From Alphaproteobacteria bacterium (GTDB taxonomy: Bacteria > Pseudomonadota > Alphaproteobacteria > Rs-D84), in contig JAFXVM010000016.1 in assembly GCA_017524525.1 (NCBI GenBank), forward strand, positions 45,165-109,164: a stretch of DNA of 64,000 nucleotides, read 5' to 3'. The position numbers and the translations under genes are program-made. The notes beneath the pieces were generated by a model. It ran no database searches, had not been told where the DNA came from, and worked only from the letters and a program-made list of their open reading frames with translations. Of the stretch, positions 1 to 9,420 are shown piece after piece; the first letter of the stretch is position 1; each line of letters starts with the position of its first letter.

Positions 1-1596
1 AGGGGCTCTGTCATAAAAATCTTTGTAAGAGTAATAATAATCGGGTTGAATCCCTTTTAATATATCCTTGCGCCATTTTGGAGCATTATTTTCACCTTTG
101 GGTTCTGCCCAAAATATAAGGCAATCATCTGTGCATGTGTTTGCGCAAACTTTATCACTGGATATAGCGCCGCCCACTAAACGATAATATCTTGTTGTAG
201 TGGCATACCAGTCATAATTTAGGTTTTGTGTTTCACCATTTTTTCCTGTGAAAGTCTCTAATTTGCATAAGCATTCGTTAACATTAGCATATTGACCTTC
301 TGCATAACACTTTGATGTCCCTTTAACTTTCCCATAAGAAAAAGTTACTTCGTATTCCCCGGGGGCTAATTGGGTACTGTTGCAGTTTTTTGATTGCCAT
401 AAACCGTTGGATAGTTGAGCACAATTATTATTCAAATATTTTGCAAAACCAGAATCAGGTTCCAGCGTTGCATCTTGAGCGGATAATTTTATTTTAGTGG
501 TTGTATCTGTAACAGTAGATTTTTCTTCTTTTTCTGGTTGTGCGACAGGGGCAGCAGAACCAGAAACATTGTTTTCATTTTTAGGTGTTTCCACAGGTGT
601 GTTTTGTTCGGGGGCTTTGTCGTCTGTATTTGCTGGGGCAGGTGGTGTTTCTTGTGGTTTTTCTATACAATCACTGCCGGTAAATGTTTTGTTGCCGTCT
701 TGTTCGCATATTTCTTTGGTTATACAATTGCCATTGTCATCTATATAACCGCCTTGTTTTTCACACTGTTTTTCTTCTTTTGCTTGTTCTCGTTCATTGG
801 CTTTTTTAGTGCGGTTTTCTTGGCGTTGTGTTTTGTTGTCGGCTTTTTGTTTTTCTTTTTTTTGTTTTGCTTTTTCTCGTTCATCGGCTTTTTTATCACG
901 TTGTTCTTGGCGTATATCTTTCTTGGTTTTTTCATTGCCGTTAGATTCGGTTTTTTCTTTGGTTTCTTTCCTTTGTTGTAATTTAGATTTTTCTTTGTCA
1001 TTACAAGTTTTTGTTTTTGCATCCCATGTGTGTTCGCCATCGCTTTCGCAAGATTTTTTTGTTATGCAATTACCATCGACCATAATACCTTTTTGGTCAT
1101 CACATAATTCTGTGGGTGTTTTTTCATTACATCCGGTGCCATCGTATTTATGTTTGCCGTCTTTTTCACAGAGTTTTTTCTGGTTTGCTTCGTCTTTATC
1201 TTTATCTTTCTTTTGTTGTTTTGCGATTTTATCTTTCTTTACGCATTTGTTGTCTACCCATACTGTGTTTTCATCTGCGTTACATACATCTTCTTTGGTT
1301 TTGCATTCCCCATTAACCCATGTATTAGCAGGGTTTGATTCACAACCCTTTTTGTTATTTCGTTTTTCTTGGCGTATGTCTTTCTTGGTTTTATCTACGC
1401 ATTCTTCGCCTGTCCATTTTTTAGTAGTGTCTCTTTCGCATTCGTTTTGGAATCTTTGCATCGCTTTTTCATAGGCAGCGTTTATTTGTTCCATATATTC
1501 TTCGTATTGAGCCTGGGCAGCTTCATCAACGGCAAATGTGTTTTGGACATCAAAACACGAAAAGAAAGCAACCAAAATTATTAAGATTTTCTTCAT
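1..1596 (-). CDS. Secreted Cys-rich repeat protein (partial, runs off window start)
   Basis: Not in the ORF track. ATG at 1596 (MKKILIILVAFFSCFDVQNTFA, signal-peptide-like) and no stop seen to position 1. Short C..W/YxGxxC repeats, K/E/Q-rich segments, a Pro/Thr linker, then a domain with GTSKC, CLC and CANTCTDDC. Confidence 0.8.
   Translation of the reverse strand, partial: MKKILIILVAFFSCFDVQNTFAVDEAAQAQYEEYMEQINAAYEKAMQRFQNECERDTTKKWTGEECVDKTKKDIRQEKRNNKKGCESNPANTWVNGECKTKEDVCNADENTVWVDNKCVKKDKIAKQQKKDKDKDEANQKKLCEKDGKHKYDGTGCNEKTPTELCDDQKGIMVDGNCITKKSCESDGEHTWDAKTKTCNDKEKSKLQQRKETKEKTESNGNEKTKKDIRQEQRDKKADEREKAKQKKEKQKADNKTQRQENRTKKANEREQAKEEKQCEKQGGYIDDNGNCITKEICEQDGNKTFTGSDCIEKPQETPPAPANTDDKAPEQNTPVETPKNENNVSGSAAPVAQPEKEEKSTVTDTTTKIKLSAQDATLEPDSGFAKYLNNNCAQLSNGLWQSKNCNSTQLAPGEYEVTFSYGKVKGTSKCYAEGQYANVNECLCKLETFTGKNGETQNLNYDWYATTTRYYRLVGGAISSDKVCANTCTDDCLIFWAEPKGENNAPKWRKDILKGIQPDYYYSYKDFYDRAP
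904..1392. repeat. Intragenic 27-bp direct repeat (904-930 and 1366-1392, 26/27 identical)
   Basis: ttcttggcgtat(a/g)tctttcttggtttt, encoding KTKKDIRQE twice on the minus strand. Confidence 0.85.
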
Positions 1597-1668
1597 AAAC
1601 TCTCTCTGCCATTATGAATATTAAATCTTTATTATTTTAGCAAAAAAACGTGTTTGAATCAAACTGTT

Positions 1669-2709
1669 TTAAAAGCCCGCTTTGATACCAACTGCGAAAA
1701 ATGGTGTCGCATCAGTTAAGCCTGCAGACATAAATAAACTGGTATATTTAGCGTATTTATACCTGAATGAAGCCAAAAATGTGTGAAGATAATCACCATC
1801 TAATTTTTCGTTTGTGATTTTATCGCGATGATTCCAGACTTTTGTATCTGAAAACAGGTAATTAAATGATACGCTGCTTTGTAATAAATCGTAACTGATG
1901 CCAGAGCCAAAAACTATACCATCTGCAGTTTTAGCAATTGGGTTTCTGTCATAAATTAAACGCGCTGATGTTCCAATTACAAAACTGTTGTATTGTAAAT
2001 TTATCCCAGTTGCAATTTGCCCGCGCCAATCAGCAGTGACACTGGGTGAATAAGAATTTTCTTCGTAATCGTGAGGTTTATCCATATAAGACAAAGCCAA
2101 AGAATATGCGGCTTTGAATTTTCCATATGGCTGTTTGAATTTAAATGCAGTATCTATTGCGTAATCATAATCATCCCCGCCACCAGCAATTGAAAATCCA
2201 TACTGACCATAATCGGTATAATGCGTAGCCAAATTAAGACGCACACTTTCATGACCTGATGTTGCAGTTGTGTCTGAAATTAAAACTTTCTTTAAATCTA
2301 ATTTTTTATATAAAATGGATTTTTCATTGATGCGCAAATAGCCGACATCAGGCAATCCCAAACCCATTTTTCGTGCAATCGAATGCGTTAAGCCAAGTTC
2401 TGCACGACCAAGACTGCGGTCTTCGAATAAAACAAAAGCATCATGAACATATTCTTTGTCGTCCACACAATCTGCGTCAATAGAATATACTGCGCCAATT
2501 CTTTGTGCGCGATTAAAATAATAGGATATTTGCCCCTTTACATCCCAATCGTTTATAAAAATCGGTTTTTCTTTTTTGGGTTCAAGAAATCCCACCATGC
2601 CATCGCCATCAATTTGAAATTTCCAATTGTTTTTTTGATATTCAATAGCGTTCGCACTGAAAGACAGCGCGCAAAGCAAAACGATAAAAGATATTTTTGT
2701 TGTGTTCAT
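1669..2709 (-). CDS. Outer membrane porin-like beta-barrel protein
   Basis: Signal peptide (ANA cleavage site), alternating beta strands, GRAELG segment typical of porins, C-terminal GIKAGF. Confidence 0.6.
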   Translation of the reverse strand: MNTTKISFIVLLCALSFSANAIEYQKNNWKFQIDGDGMVGFLEPKKEKPIFINDWDVKGQISYYFNRAQRIGAVYSIDADCVDDKEYVHDAFVLFEDRSLGRAELGLTHSIARKMGLGLPDVGYLRINEKSILYKKLDLKKVLISDTTATSGHESVRLNLATHYTDYGQYGFSIAGGGDDYDYAIDTAFKFKQPYGKFKAAYSLALSYMDKPHDYEENSYSPSVTADWRGQIATGINLQYNSFVIGTSARLIYDRNPIAKTADGIVFGSGISYDLLQSSVSFNYLFSDTKVWNHRDKITNEKLDGDYLHTFLASFRYKYAKYTSLFMSAGLTDATPFFAVGIKAGF

Positions 2710-2713
2710 GTTT

Positions 2714-3643
2714 TTATTCTTCTTTGATTAAATTTGGTTTATTTGATTCAGCAAGAATTGCTTCTTTTAATTTATTGAATGCGCGTTCTTCTATTTGGCG
2801 AACACGTTCACGTGAAATTCCGTATTTTTGTGACAGAGCCTCTAATGTTGCAACAGGGTCGGATAGACGGCGTGCCGCTAGTATTTCGCGGTCGCGTTCT
2901 GGCAGATTCGATAAGTGTTTTTTTAATAATTCATAGCCGCGTCTTTTGAATTCAAGTTGTTCCAGACTTTCTTCAATGTTTATTTTGGAATCCGCCATAT
3001 TTGATAAAATATCTTTGGAGTCTGAATCTGTATTAAGTGGCGCGTTCAAAGACACATCACGTGCAGACATTCGCGTGGACATGCGTTCTACGTCGCTTTC
3101 TGGAACATCCAGATATTCAGCAATTTGTTTGGTTTGTTCATCGCTTAAATTGTTGTCCATTATGCCCAAAGCGCGCTTTGCACGGGTTAAATTAAAAAAT
3201 ACGCGTTTTTGATTTGCAGAATTACCCAATTTTACAATTGACCAATTATTAAGGATGGTTTCGTATATTTCAGCCTTAATCCAAAACATCGCGTATGTAG
3301 AAAAACGAAAACCGCGTTCGGGGTCGAATTTTTGCAAAGCCTGCATCAGTCCCATATTACCACTGGCGATTAAATCTGATACCGGCAGACCATAATTTTT
3401 AAAATCATAAGCCACAGAAACAACCAAACGCAAATGGGATGCCACCAGTTTTTCGGCAGCAGTATTATCATGCTCTTTGACCCATTTTGATGCGTATTCG
3501 TATTCTTGTTCAGCAGATAAAATAGGGAATTTTTGAATTTCGTTTATGTATTTTGCCAAACTTACATCATCGCCAGCCCCATAAACCGGTGTTATGGATT
3601 TTGTTTGGGTGGATGGCAAAGTTGTCTTGATTTGCTTTTTCAT
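2714..3643 (-). CDS. rpoH: RNA polymerase sigma-32 factor
   Basis: Sigma70-family regions (SHLRLVV, FDPERGFRFSTYAMFWI, SRERVRQIE) plus an RpoH-box-like QKRVFFNL. Confidence 0.92.
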   Translation of the reverse strand: MKKQIKTTLPSTQTKSITPVYGAGDDVSLAKYINEIQKFPILSAEQEYEYASKWVKEHDNTAAEKLVASHLRLVVSVAYDFKNYGLPVSDLIASGNMGLMQALQKFDPERGFRFSTYAMFWIKAEIYETILNNWSIVKLGNSANQKRVFFNLTRAKRALGIMDNNLSDEQTKQIAEYLDVPESDVERMSTRMSARDVSLNAPLNTDSDSKDILSNMADSKINIEESLEQLEFKRRGYELLKKHLSNLPERDREILAARRLSDPVATLEALSQKYGISRERVRQIEERAFNKLKEAILAESNKPNLIKEE

Positions 3644-3652
3644 AACTTTTAT

Positions 3653-3680
3653 AGTATAGCAATAAAATAGAAATTATCAA
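3653..3680 (-). promoter_or_regulatory. Sigma70-type promoter of rpoH
   Basis: TTGATA-16-TATACT with a TG extension, 9 nt before the ATG. Confidence 0.55.
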
Positions 3681-3697
3681 GTACAGGAGATTTTATT

Positions 3698-4351
3698 ATG
3701 GCAAGTATTTTGGAAAGAAATAAAAATATTAAACAACCAGTAAAGAAAACTCGCGAAGAATATGCAGAAGACGCTCTTTATCGCGAAGTCTGGGAAGATG
3801 TAAGTAATGAAAAAACGCAACAGTTTTTGAAAAAATATTGGCGTCATATTGTGGCGGCTGTGTTGGCTGTGATGGTTTGTGTTTGCGCTTTCCAATTGGG
3901 TAGACGTATGTATAACGCATCAAGAATTGCTCGCGCTCAGGTTTATGAAACCGCTGTGGCAAATGTGGATGCAAATGCGCTGGCGAATCTTGCAAAAGAT
4001 TCTTCGGGGGCAACATCTGATTTGGCGCTTTTTCAATCTTATTTGATTGATAAAAATATTGCTAAATTGGAAGATTTAGCACAAAACGGTCATACGCGCG
4101 ATTTCAAAGATTTGGCACTTTTATATTTGGCAACTATTAATGGCGATAAAATGGGTGTGGAAGAATTTGTAAAATCTTTATCAAGTATGGATACTAAAAA
4201 GTCTCCGTTCTTTTATACTTCGCGTTTGATGGTCGCACAGAAATATTTGGCAAACGGGGACAGGGAAAATGCTAATAAAATTTTAGATGCGATTATCAAT
4301 GACAAAGATGCCCCAGCAAGCATTTCTGCAACTGCACAAACATTGAAATAA
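3698..4351 (+). CDS. YfgM-like membrane-anchored TPR protein
   Basis: REVWEDV..EK.QQF.KKY motif, one TM helix, helical repeats; lies upstream of a bamB-like gene as in the conserved yfgM-bamB order. Confidence 0.7.
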   Translation: MASILERNKNIKQPVKKTREEYAEDALYREVWEDVSNEKTQQFLKKYWRHIVAAVLAVMVCVCAFQLGRRMYNASRIARAQVYETAVANVDANALANLAKDSSGATSDLALFQSYLIDKNIAKLEDLAQNGHTRDFKDLALLYLATINGDKMGVEEFVKSLSSMDTKKSPFFYTSRLMVAQKYLANGDRENANKILDAIINDKDAPASISATAQTLK

Positions 4352-4352
4352 G

Positions 4353-5090
4353 GTGGTAGTTTTGAAAAAAATATATTTGTTTTTGATTGTTGTTTTGGGG
4401 TTGGGTGCGTGTTCAAAGCACGACCCGATATTGCCAGGTGTTCGACATGATATTTTCGATTCGAATGATATAACAATTGAAAACAAAGAAGTTCCTGATT
4501 TGTCCAATGTTGCAAAACATATATCTGGGGATGAAAAGTGCGATTATCGCCAAGACAGTTCTAATACTGTGTGGGACGGCGATAAAAAATTGTTTTCTGG
4601 ATTCAGTGGCGATAATTTTGTAAAAAGTGCGCAATCGCCCGTATGCGATGGACAATATATTTATACAGGGCTTTCCACTGGCGAAGTTATCAAATTAAAT
4701 AAAAACGGAAAGTTGATTTGGATGGCTGATGTATTTCGCGCTAGTAATATGATGGGCGGGGCATCTGTGGTTGATATTGTTGCTCATGTGGGGTTGGATG
4801 GAAAATATGTGTATGCAGGGGGACTGGGCGATGCATTTTGCAAATTGAATGCAACCAGCGGAAATAAAATTTGGTGTTTAGAAATATCTGTTCCGGTTGA
4901 TTTTATAATCGTTGATGATTTTTCTTTTGTTGTCGGTGGTGATAATAATTTATATGCTATTGATAACAAAAATGGTTCTGTGTATTGGAAAACAGAAATA
5001 AAAAAACAGAAAAAACCTGTCTTTGAAGACGGAATAATTCGTGTCGGTAAACAAAAGATAAATTATAAAGACGGGTCGATTAAGAAATAA
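4353..5090 (+). CDS. PQQ-like beta-propeller lipoprotein (short BamB-like)
   Basis: Lipobox LGAC, LPGxR motif, repeated GxxxW propeller blades. Confidence 0.65.
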   Translation: MVVLKKIYLFLIVVLGLGACSKHDPILPGVRHDIFDSNDITIENKEVPDLSNVAKHISGDEKCDYRQDSSNTVWDGDKKLFSGFSGDNFVKSAQSPVCDGQYIYTGLSTGEVIKLNKNGKLIWMADVFRASNMMGGASVVDIVAHVGLDGKYVYAGGLGDAFCKLNATSGNKIWCLEISVPVDFIIVDDFSFVVGGDNNLYAIDNKNGSVYWKTEIKKQKKPVFEDGIIRVGKQKINYKDGSIKK

Positions 5091-5108
5091 AATTTTTTCT
5101 TTTTTAAA

Positions 5109-5133
5109 AAAAACCGCCTATACGGCGGTTTTT
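5109..5133. terminator. Bidirectional intrinsic terminator
   Basis: AAAAACCGCC-TATAC-GGCGGTTTTT between convergent genes. Confidence 0.85.
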
Positions 5134-5149
5134 GTGCGGTATATCGCTT

Positions 5150-5857
5150 TTACCATGTTGGGGCGTGGTCGCCTTCTTTGATAATTGGTTGTTCGTCTTC
5201 CCAGACTGATAAGCCCGTCTTTAAATCTGTTAATGTTAACTGCAGATAATATTCTGTGCGGGTATCAACAGATGAAAACCAACCAGAATCTAATTTCAAA
5301 TTTCTTTGCAACATTTTACCAGACAATGACATATTTGGTGCGACCAATGTTCCTTTGTCTGCGAAAGTTTTTTTGTCGTATTCTTCGTCATCACGCTGAG
5401 AACGCATATTATATGTTGTTTCATCTTCGGCGTTCGCGCTGTTTACGGCGATTATAGCACCGCTTGGAGTTTGAACGCGTGTTCCAGATTTGGTATCAGA
5501 TGGTAATAATACGGTTTGTAAATCTTGACCGTTTTTAAATGATACTGCGATTTGTGCAACGCCAGATTTTAACAAAGTAGTGCGAATTTTTTTTGTTAAA
5601 ATATCAGTGTCGAATCGTTGTTGTGTGTCGTTCACGATGTTGCCAATCGCGATTACTGTTTTTTCTTGCTTTTTAAAAGCACCGCTTTCAATCATTGATT
5701 CAGTCATTTTTTCGGCGGTTTTCGTCCAATCGCGATATTCCAATTCCATAACATTTTGCATGGATGCAACTTCTTTAGCGTCTTCGGTGTCAATAACCCG
5801 AGTCCCGCTGCATGCAGTCAACGCTAAGCATAATGCAAATGGTATAAATTTTTTCAT
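5150..5857 (-). CDS. lpoB: Penicillin-binding protein activator LpoB family lipoprotein
   Basis: Lipobox LTAC; D..TAEKM..SM, I.N.T....DTD.LT.KI and YYLQLTLTDLKTGLSVW motifs. Confidence 0.75.
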   Translation of the reverse strand: MKKFIPFALCLALTACSGTRVIDTEDAKEVASMQNVMELEYRDWTKTAEKMTESMIESGAFKKQEKTVIAIGNIVNDTQQRFDTDILTKKIRTTLLKSGVAQIAVSFKNGQDLQTVLLPSDTKSGTRVQTPSGAIIAVNSANAEDETTYNMRSQRDDEEYDKKTFADKGTLVAPNMSLSGKMLQRNLKLDSGWFSSVDTRTEYYLQLTLTDLKTGLSVWEDEQPIIKEGDHAPTW

Positions 5858-5875
5858 TATTTTTTCTCCTTTGGT

Positions 5876-7096
5876 TTATTTTAATTTTATAATTTTTGTG
5901 TCGTTTTTGTTATCAAATATTCGCGTATAGATTAAATTGTTCCCTTCGTTTTTTACTTCGTCTTTTATCGTATCATTGCCGTACAGATTATTCAAGTTTT
6001 CTGTGCGAATAACATATATGTATTTAGGCAATGTCGCCCATGTTCGTACATCTGTGTTTGATGATGCGACTGTGTATATTGATGACACTATGCCAAGAAT
6101 AGGGGCAGAATCGCTGTGTGAATTATACATAGTTGCTTGCAAAGTTGCTTTAGATGCGGCGGATGTGAAAGAACGCAAAATTTCATTTGTTCTGTATTCT
6201 TTGTACTCTGTGATGAACATCGCATCAACATTGGCAAGCAATTGACTGTTTTGTGGTTGTATAAAATTATTATCAAAATAGGGTGATGAAAAAGTAAAAT
6301 AAACCATACCTATGGGTGGCAACAATATTCCATCTTGTTCTTCGTGAAGTCGTGGCGCAAAACCTGTTTCAACAAATTGCCATGTTGTATGCGTTGGTTT
6401 TATTCGCTTTTGTGCAAATTCTAAATCTTTTTTGATGAAAGTGTTTTCTGGCATCATACCGTTTGCGCGTTTAAGGTATGTTATAGCGTTATCAAAATCA
6501 CCATCGTTCAAAAAATATATTCCAGATAAATACATCAATGCTGGATTCATAATATCGGTAAACGCAAACCAATCCTGGGTGTTTTTATCGATGATTTCGT
6601 GATATTGCGAATCGCTGGCAATTTTATTTTTGTTTTCTTCTATTAATTTTTTGTATTCAATAGACATATTCTGTTGACGTGTATACGACTGATTTATTAC
6701 CACGCGCGCGTTCGCCCAATCTTTTAAAGCCAATAAATCCCATATTTGATAATAAGATACAAAAAGCGAATCCATCATGTATGGTTTATATGAATTTACA
6801 CCTTGGCCCAATAATAATCCCGTTGCTTCACGAGTAATAGAAGATGAAGTTTCTTTTAAATTTCTTTTGTTAAATTCTTCAAATAACGAATCGCTTTGTG
6901 CAAATTTATTGTCGTGAAAAAATGCCATACCATTGATTAATAATTCAAGATTGTTTTGGTCTGTTTCTGTTTTGTCGGTTGTTGGTGTAAAATTCGCATT
7001 TGAAAAATTGTTTTGAATTGTGTTCAAATGCGACTGCATAGTTGATGCGCAACCAAATAAAAATATTGATAAAACAAAACAGATTATCTTTCGCAT
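5876..7096 (-). CDS. TPR-like lipoprotein (COG3014-like, usual lpoB neighbour)
   Basis: Lipobox LFGC, NARV, ETGFAP, DVRTWATLP motifs; adjacent to lpoB. Confidence 0.6.
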   Translation of the reverse strand: MRKIICFVLSIFLFGCASTMQSHLNTIQNNFSNANFTPTTDKTETDQNNLELLINGMAFFHDNKFAQSDSLFEEFNKRNLKETSSSITREATGLLLGQGVNSYKPYMMDSLFVSYYQIWDLLALKDWANARVVINQSYTRQQNMSIEYKKLIEENKNKIASDSQYHEIIDKNTQDWFAFTDIMNPALMYLSGIYFLNDGDFDNAITYLKRANGMMPENTFIKKDLEFAQKRIKPTHTTWQFVETGFAPRLHEEQDGILLPPIGMVYFTFSSPYFDNNFIQPQNSQLLANVDAMFITEYKEYRTNEILRSFTSAASKATLQATMYNSHSDSAPILGIVSSIYTVASSNTDVRTWATLPKYIYVIRTENLNNLYGNDTIKDEVKNEGNNLIYTRIFDNKNDTKIIKLK

Positions 7097-7098
7097 TT

Positions 7099-9366
7099 TT
7101 AATGCAATGGTTCAAGTATTTTTACTTCTTTTGTCATTGGATCCAAAATTTTTGGTGTGCCTTCGTATCCCATGATTGCATGATGGGATGGGATTAAAAA
7201 TTCTGGTAATGGAGATGATTCACCCATCATGATGCGTTCGTGCAACATTTTTTGTACAGGTGTTTGATTAACAAAGTGTCTTTCTTGGGTTGCTTCTATT
7301 GGGCGATGGTACCAACCTTGGAAAAGGATAATTTGTTTACCAGTTTCAATTTTCATAATATCCATGACAGAATAAATCGGTTCTTCTTTTGGTGTTTCGA
7401 CATCTTTGCCGTCTTTCTTTTCAATTTTTTTGGTTATCTTTTTGCCCATCATTTCAGAGAAGATTTTTGCACTTTCTGTGTCGTTTTGACGCAATATAAT
7501 TTTTGCTGCGGTTGTAGACATAATAGTAGATGCCGCATCAGCACCATAACGTTCGCGTATCTGGTGGATATCCTGACCAATGATAAGGTAAGACACTTTT
7601 TGCCCACGTCCAAGATCTGGTCCCTGGATAACTGCGTCCAATCTTTGCATCTTTGGCATTTCGTCAAGCACGAACAGAACGGGGCATGGCCCAACTTTCT
7701 TTCCATCAACTGTATCGCCAGGTTTGTGTGCCAACAAATAATTAGACATTAATTCAATAAATATAGCAGTAATTGGATTTAATGCTTGGGCATCTACCAT
7801 ATTGATGGACAGATATACACTGACTGGTTTAACTTTGCCATCCCGTGGGTCTTTGATTCCGCGCAAATCTTCAAAGTGGAAATCGGAATGGCTGGTTCTG
7901 TTGCGAACCGCAGCATTACGGAATATTGCCAATCCTTCAACCATGGTTGATAAAATAGAACCACGTTCTTTGTCTGGCGTATTTGCAAGTTGTGTTAATT
8001 CAGCTATTGCACGTGATGAATATGCGTACCGGCGCGCTTCTTCAACTGCGTTTTGAAGCAAATCTTTCATAGGATCTGCCATCATAACCATTTGATCGCC
8101 TTGCTTTCTGCGTTCTTCCATTTCTTCGGCAATAGCAACTTGGCTGGATGTTAACCAATCAAGAATCATGGAAAGACATGCTTCGTGTCCCATCCACGCA
8201 TCTGGTATGTTTGCCCATGTTCCAATATGAACATAATTCATTGTGTTAAGTTCGCCTTTCTGTAACAAAGAATACGCAGCGTATGCATTTGGATTGTTCA
8301 TCATTGACAGATAATAATCACTTAATACAGCGGCGTCGTCTGCGTTAAAAGTTCCATTGTTCAAACGTGCGTAAAAATAATCATCGGCTTTGGCACGTTC
8401 AACCTTTGATACAATATAGTTTACCAAACCTGATAACCCGGCGCGTCCAGTATTTGCCCAGTGGGGGTCGGCACTGCTGGATTTATTATCTGGGACCAAC
8501 ACTTTGCATATAGTATCTATGTACAAATCGCGCTGTTCAGGAAGAAACGGGACGTGTTCTGGCGACAGTGGATTCCACGATGGGTAATATATACCCTTGT
8601 CAGGGTCGTCTTGACCCGCCCAATTCATAATGAACACAGGACCAACCGTTGCACGATATGCAGATGTTGTTTGTTTTAATTCTGGCTTAGGGTCGTTAAT
8701 AATCATTGATACAGTGTCGCAATCAAGAATTGTTGGTATAACGATACCTGCTGTTTTACCGGTTCCCGGAGGCGCCAAACACAAAGCAGACAAAGATTCG
8801 TCAAATTTTAACGGCATTGTTTTCCCTTTGTTCTTAAAATAGCCCAATACCATCATAAAGCCATTAAACAAGCCTTCTTTGTTTTTCCAGTCATTCCCCA
8901 TTTTCTTAATATCTGCAGCAGTCGCTTTGCGGGAAGATTTTTCGTCGTAATTATCTTTGCCTGCTGGGTTAAATTCGTTTTTAAGTGTGTCATCAACCAA
9001 AAAGCAATATGCTATGATTGGTAATATAGGTGCGATTGCAGCAAAATCTGGGTGATAAATCATGCGTGAAAACCAAAATGGAATTTCTGCGACGACTGAC
9101 ATGCCAAAAGTAGTGAACATGTTTTTGATATAAAGCCATGACCAATGCATGCTGGCAGCGCCCCAACCATATCTCCAAATATGTTCTGCGATAAATGCCA
9201 AAGCAAACGCAAAAGCACATATTAACCATATCCCAATATTCCAGCGTATGTTCCAGAATTTGCGCGCCACAGGAATTTGTTCGTGTTCTTTGTATCGCGA
9301 AGAATCAAAGATTTTTAAACCTTTGCCAGAACCACTATTAGAGAAAATGTTGAACTTTCCTGCCAT
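7099..9366 (-). CDS. virD4: VirD4/TraG-family type IV coupling protein
   Basis: N-terminal TM helices, Walker A APPGTGKT, IINDPKPEL, Walker B LFVLDEMP, QDIHQI...YG. Start taken at MAGKF (9366). Confidence 0.88.
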   Translation of the reverse strand: MAGKFNIFSNSGSGKGLKIFDSSRYKEHEQIPVARKFWNIRWNIGIWLICAFAFALAFIAEHIWRYGWGAASMHWSWLYIKNMFTTFGMSVVAEIPFWFSRMIYHPDFAAIAPILPIIAYCFLVDDTLKNEFNPAGKDNYDEKSSRKATAADIKKMGNDWKNKEGLFNGFMMVLGYFKNKGKTMPLKFDESLSALCLAPPGTGKTAGIVIPTILDCDTVSMIINDPKPELKQTTSAYRATVGPVFIMNWAGQDDPDKGIYYPSWNPLSPEHVPFLPEQRDLYIDTICKVLVPDNKSSSADPHWANTGRAGLSGLVNYIVSKVERAKADDYFYARLNNGTFNADDAAVLSDYYLSMMNNPNAYAAYSLLQKGELNTMNYVHIGTWANIPDAWMGHEACLSMILDWLTSSQVAIAEEMEERRKQGDQMVMMADPMKDLLQNAVEEARRYAYSSRAIAELTQLANTPDKERGSILSTMVEGLAIFRNAAVRNRTSHSDFHFEDLRGIKDPRDGKVKPVSVYLSINMVDAQALNPITAIFIELMSNYLLAHKPGDTVDGKKVGPCPVLFVLDEMPKMQRLDAVIQGPDLGRGQKVSYLIIGQDIHQIRERYGADAASTIMSTTAAKIILRQNDTESAKIFSEMMGKKITKKIEKKDGKDVETPKEEPIYSVMDIMKIETGKQIILFQGWYHRPIEATQERHFVNQTPVQKMLHERIMMGESSPLPEFLIPSHHAIMGYEGTPKILDPMTKEVKILEPLH

Positions 9367-9420
9367 GATTGCTATTATTATATCACAAAAATAAATGTTT
9401 TTATACCAAAAGATTAAAAA

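Noticed and set aside
497-1584. Several Phe/Ser-rich plus-strand ORFs
   Set aside because: Antisense shadows of the Lys/Glu-rich minus-strand gene. The same applies to most short overlapping ORFs in the track.
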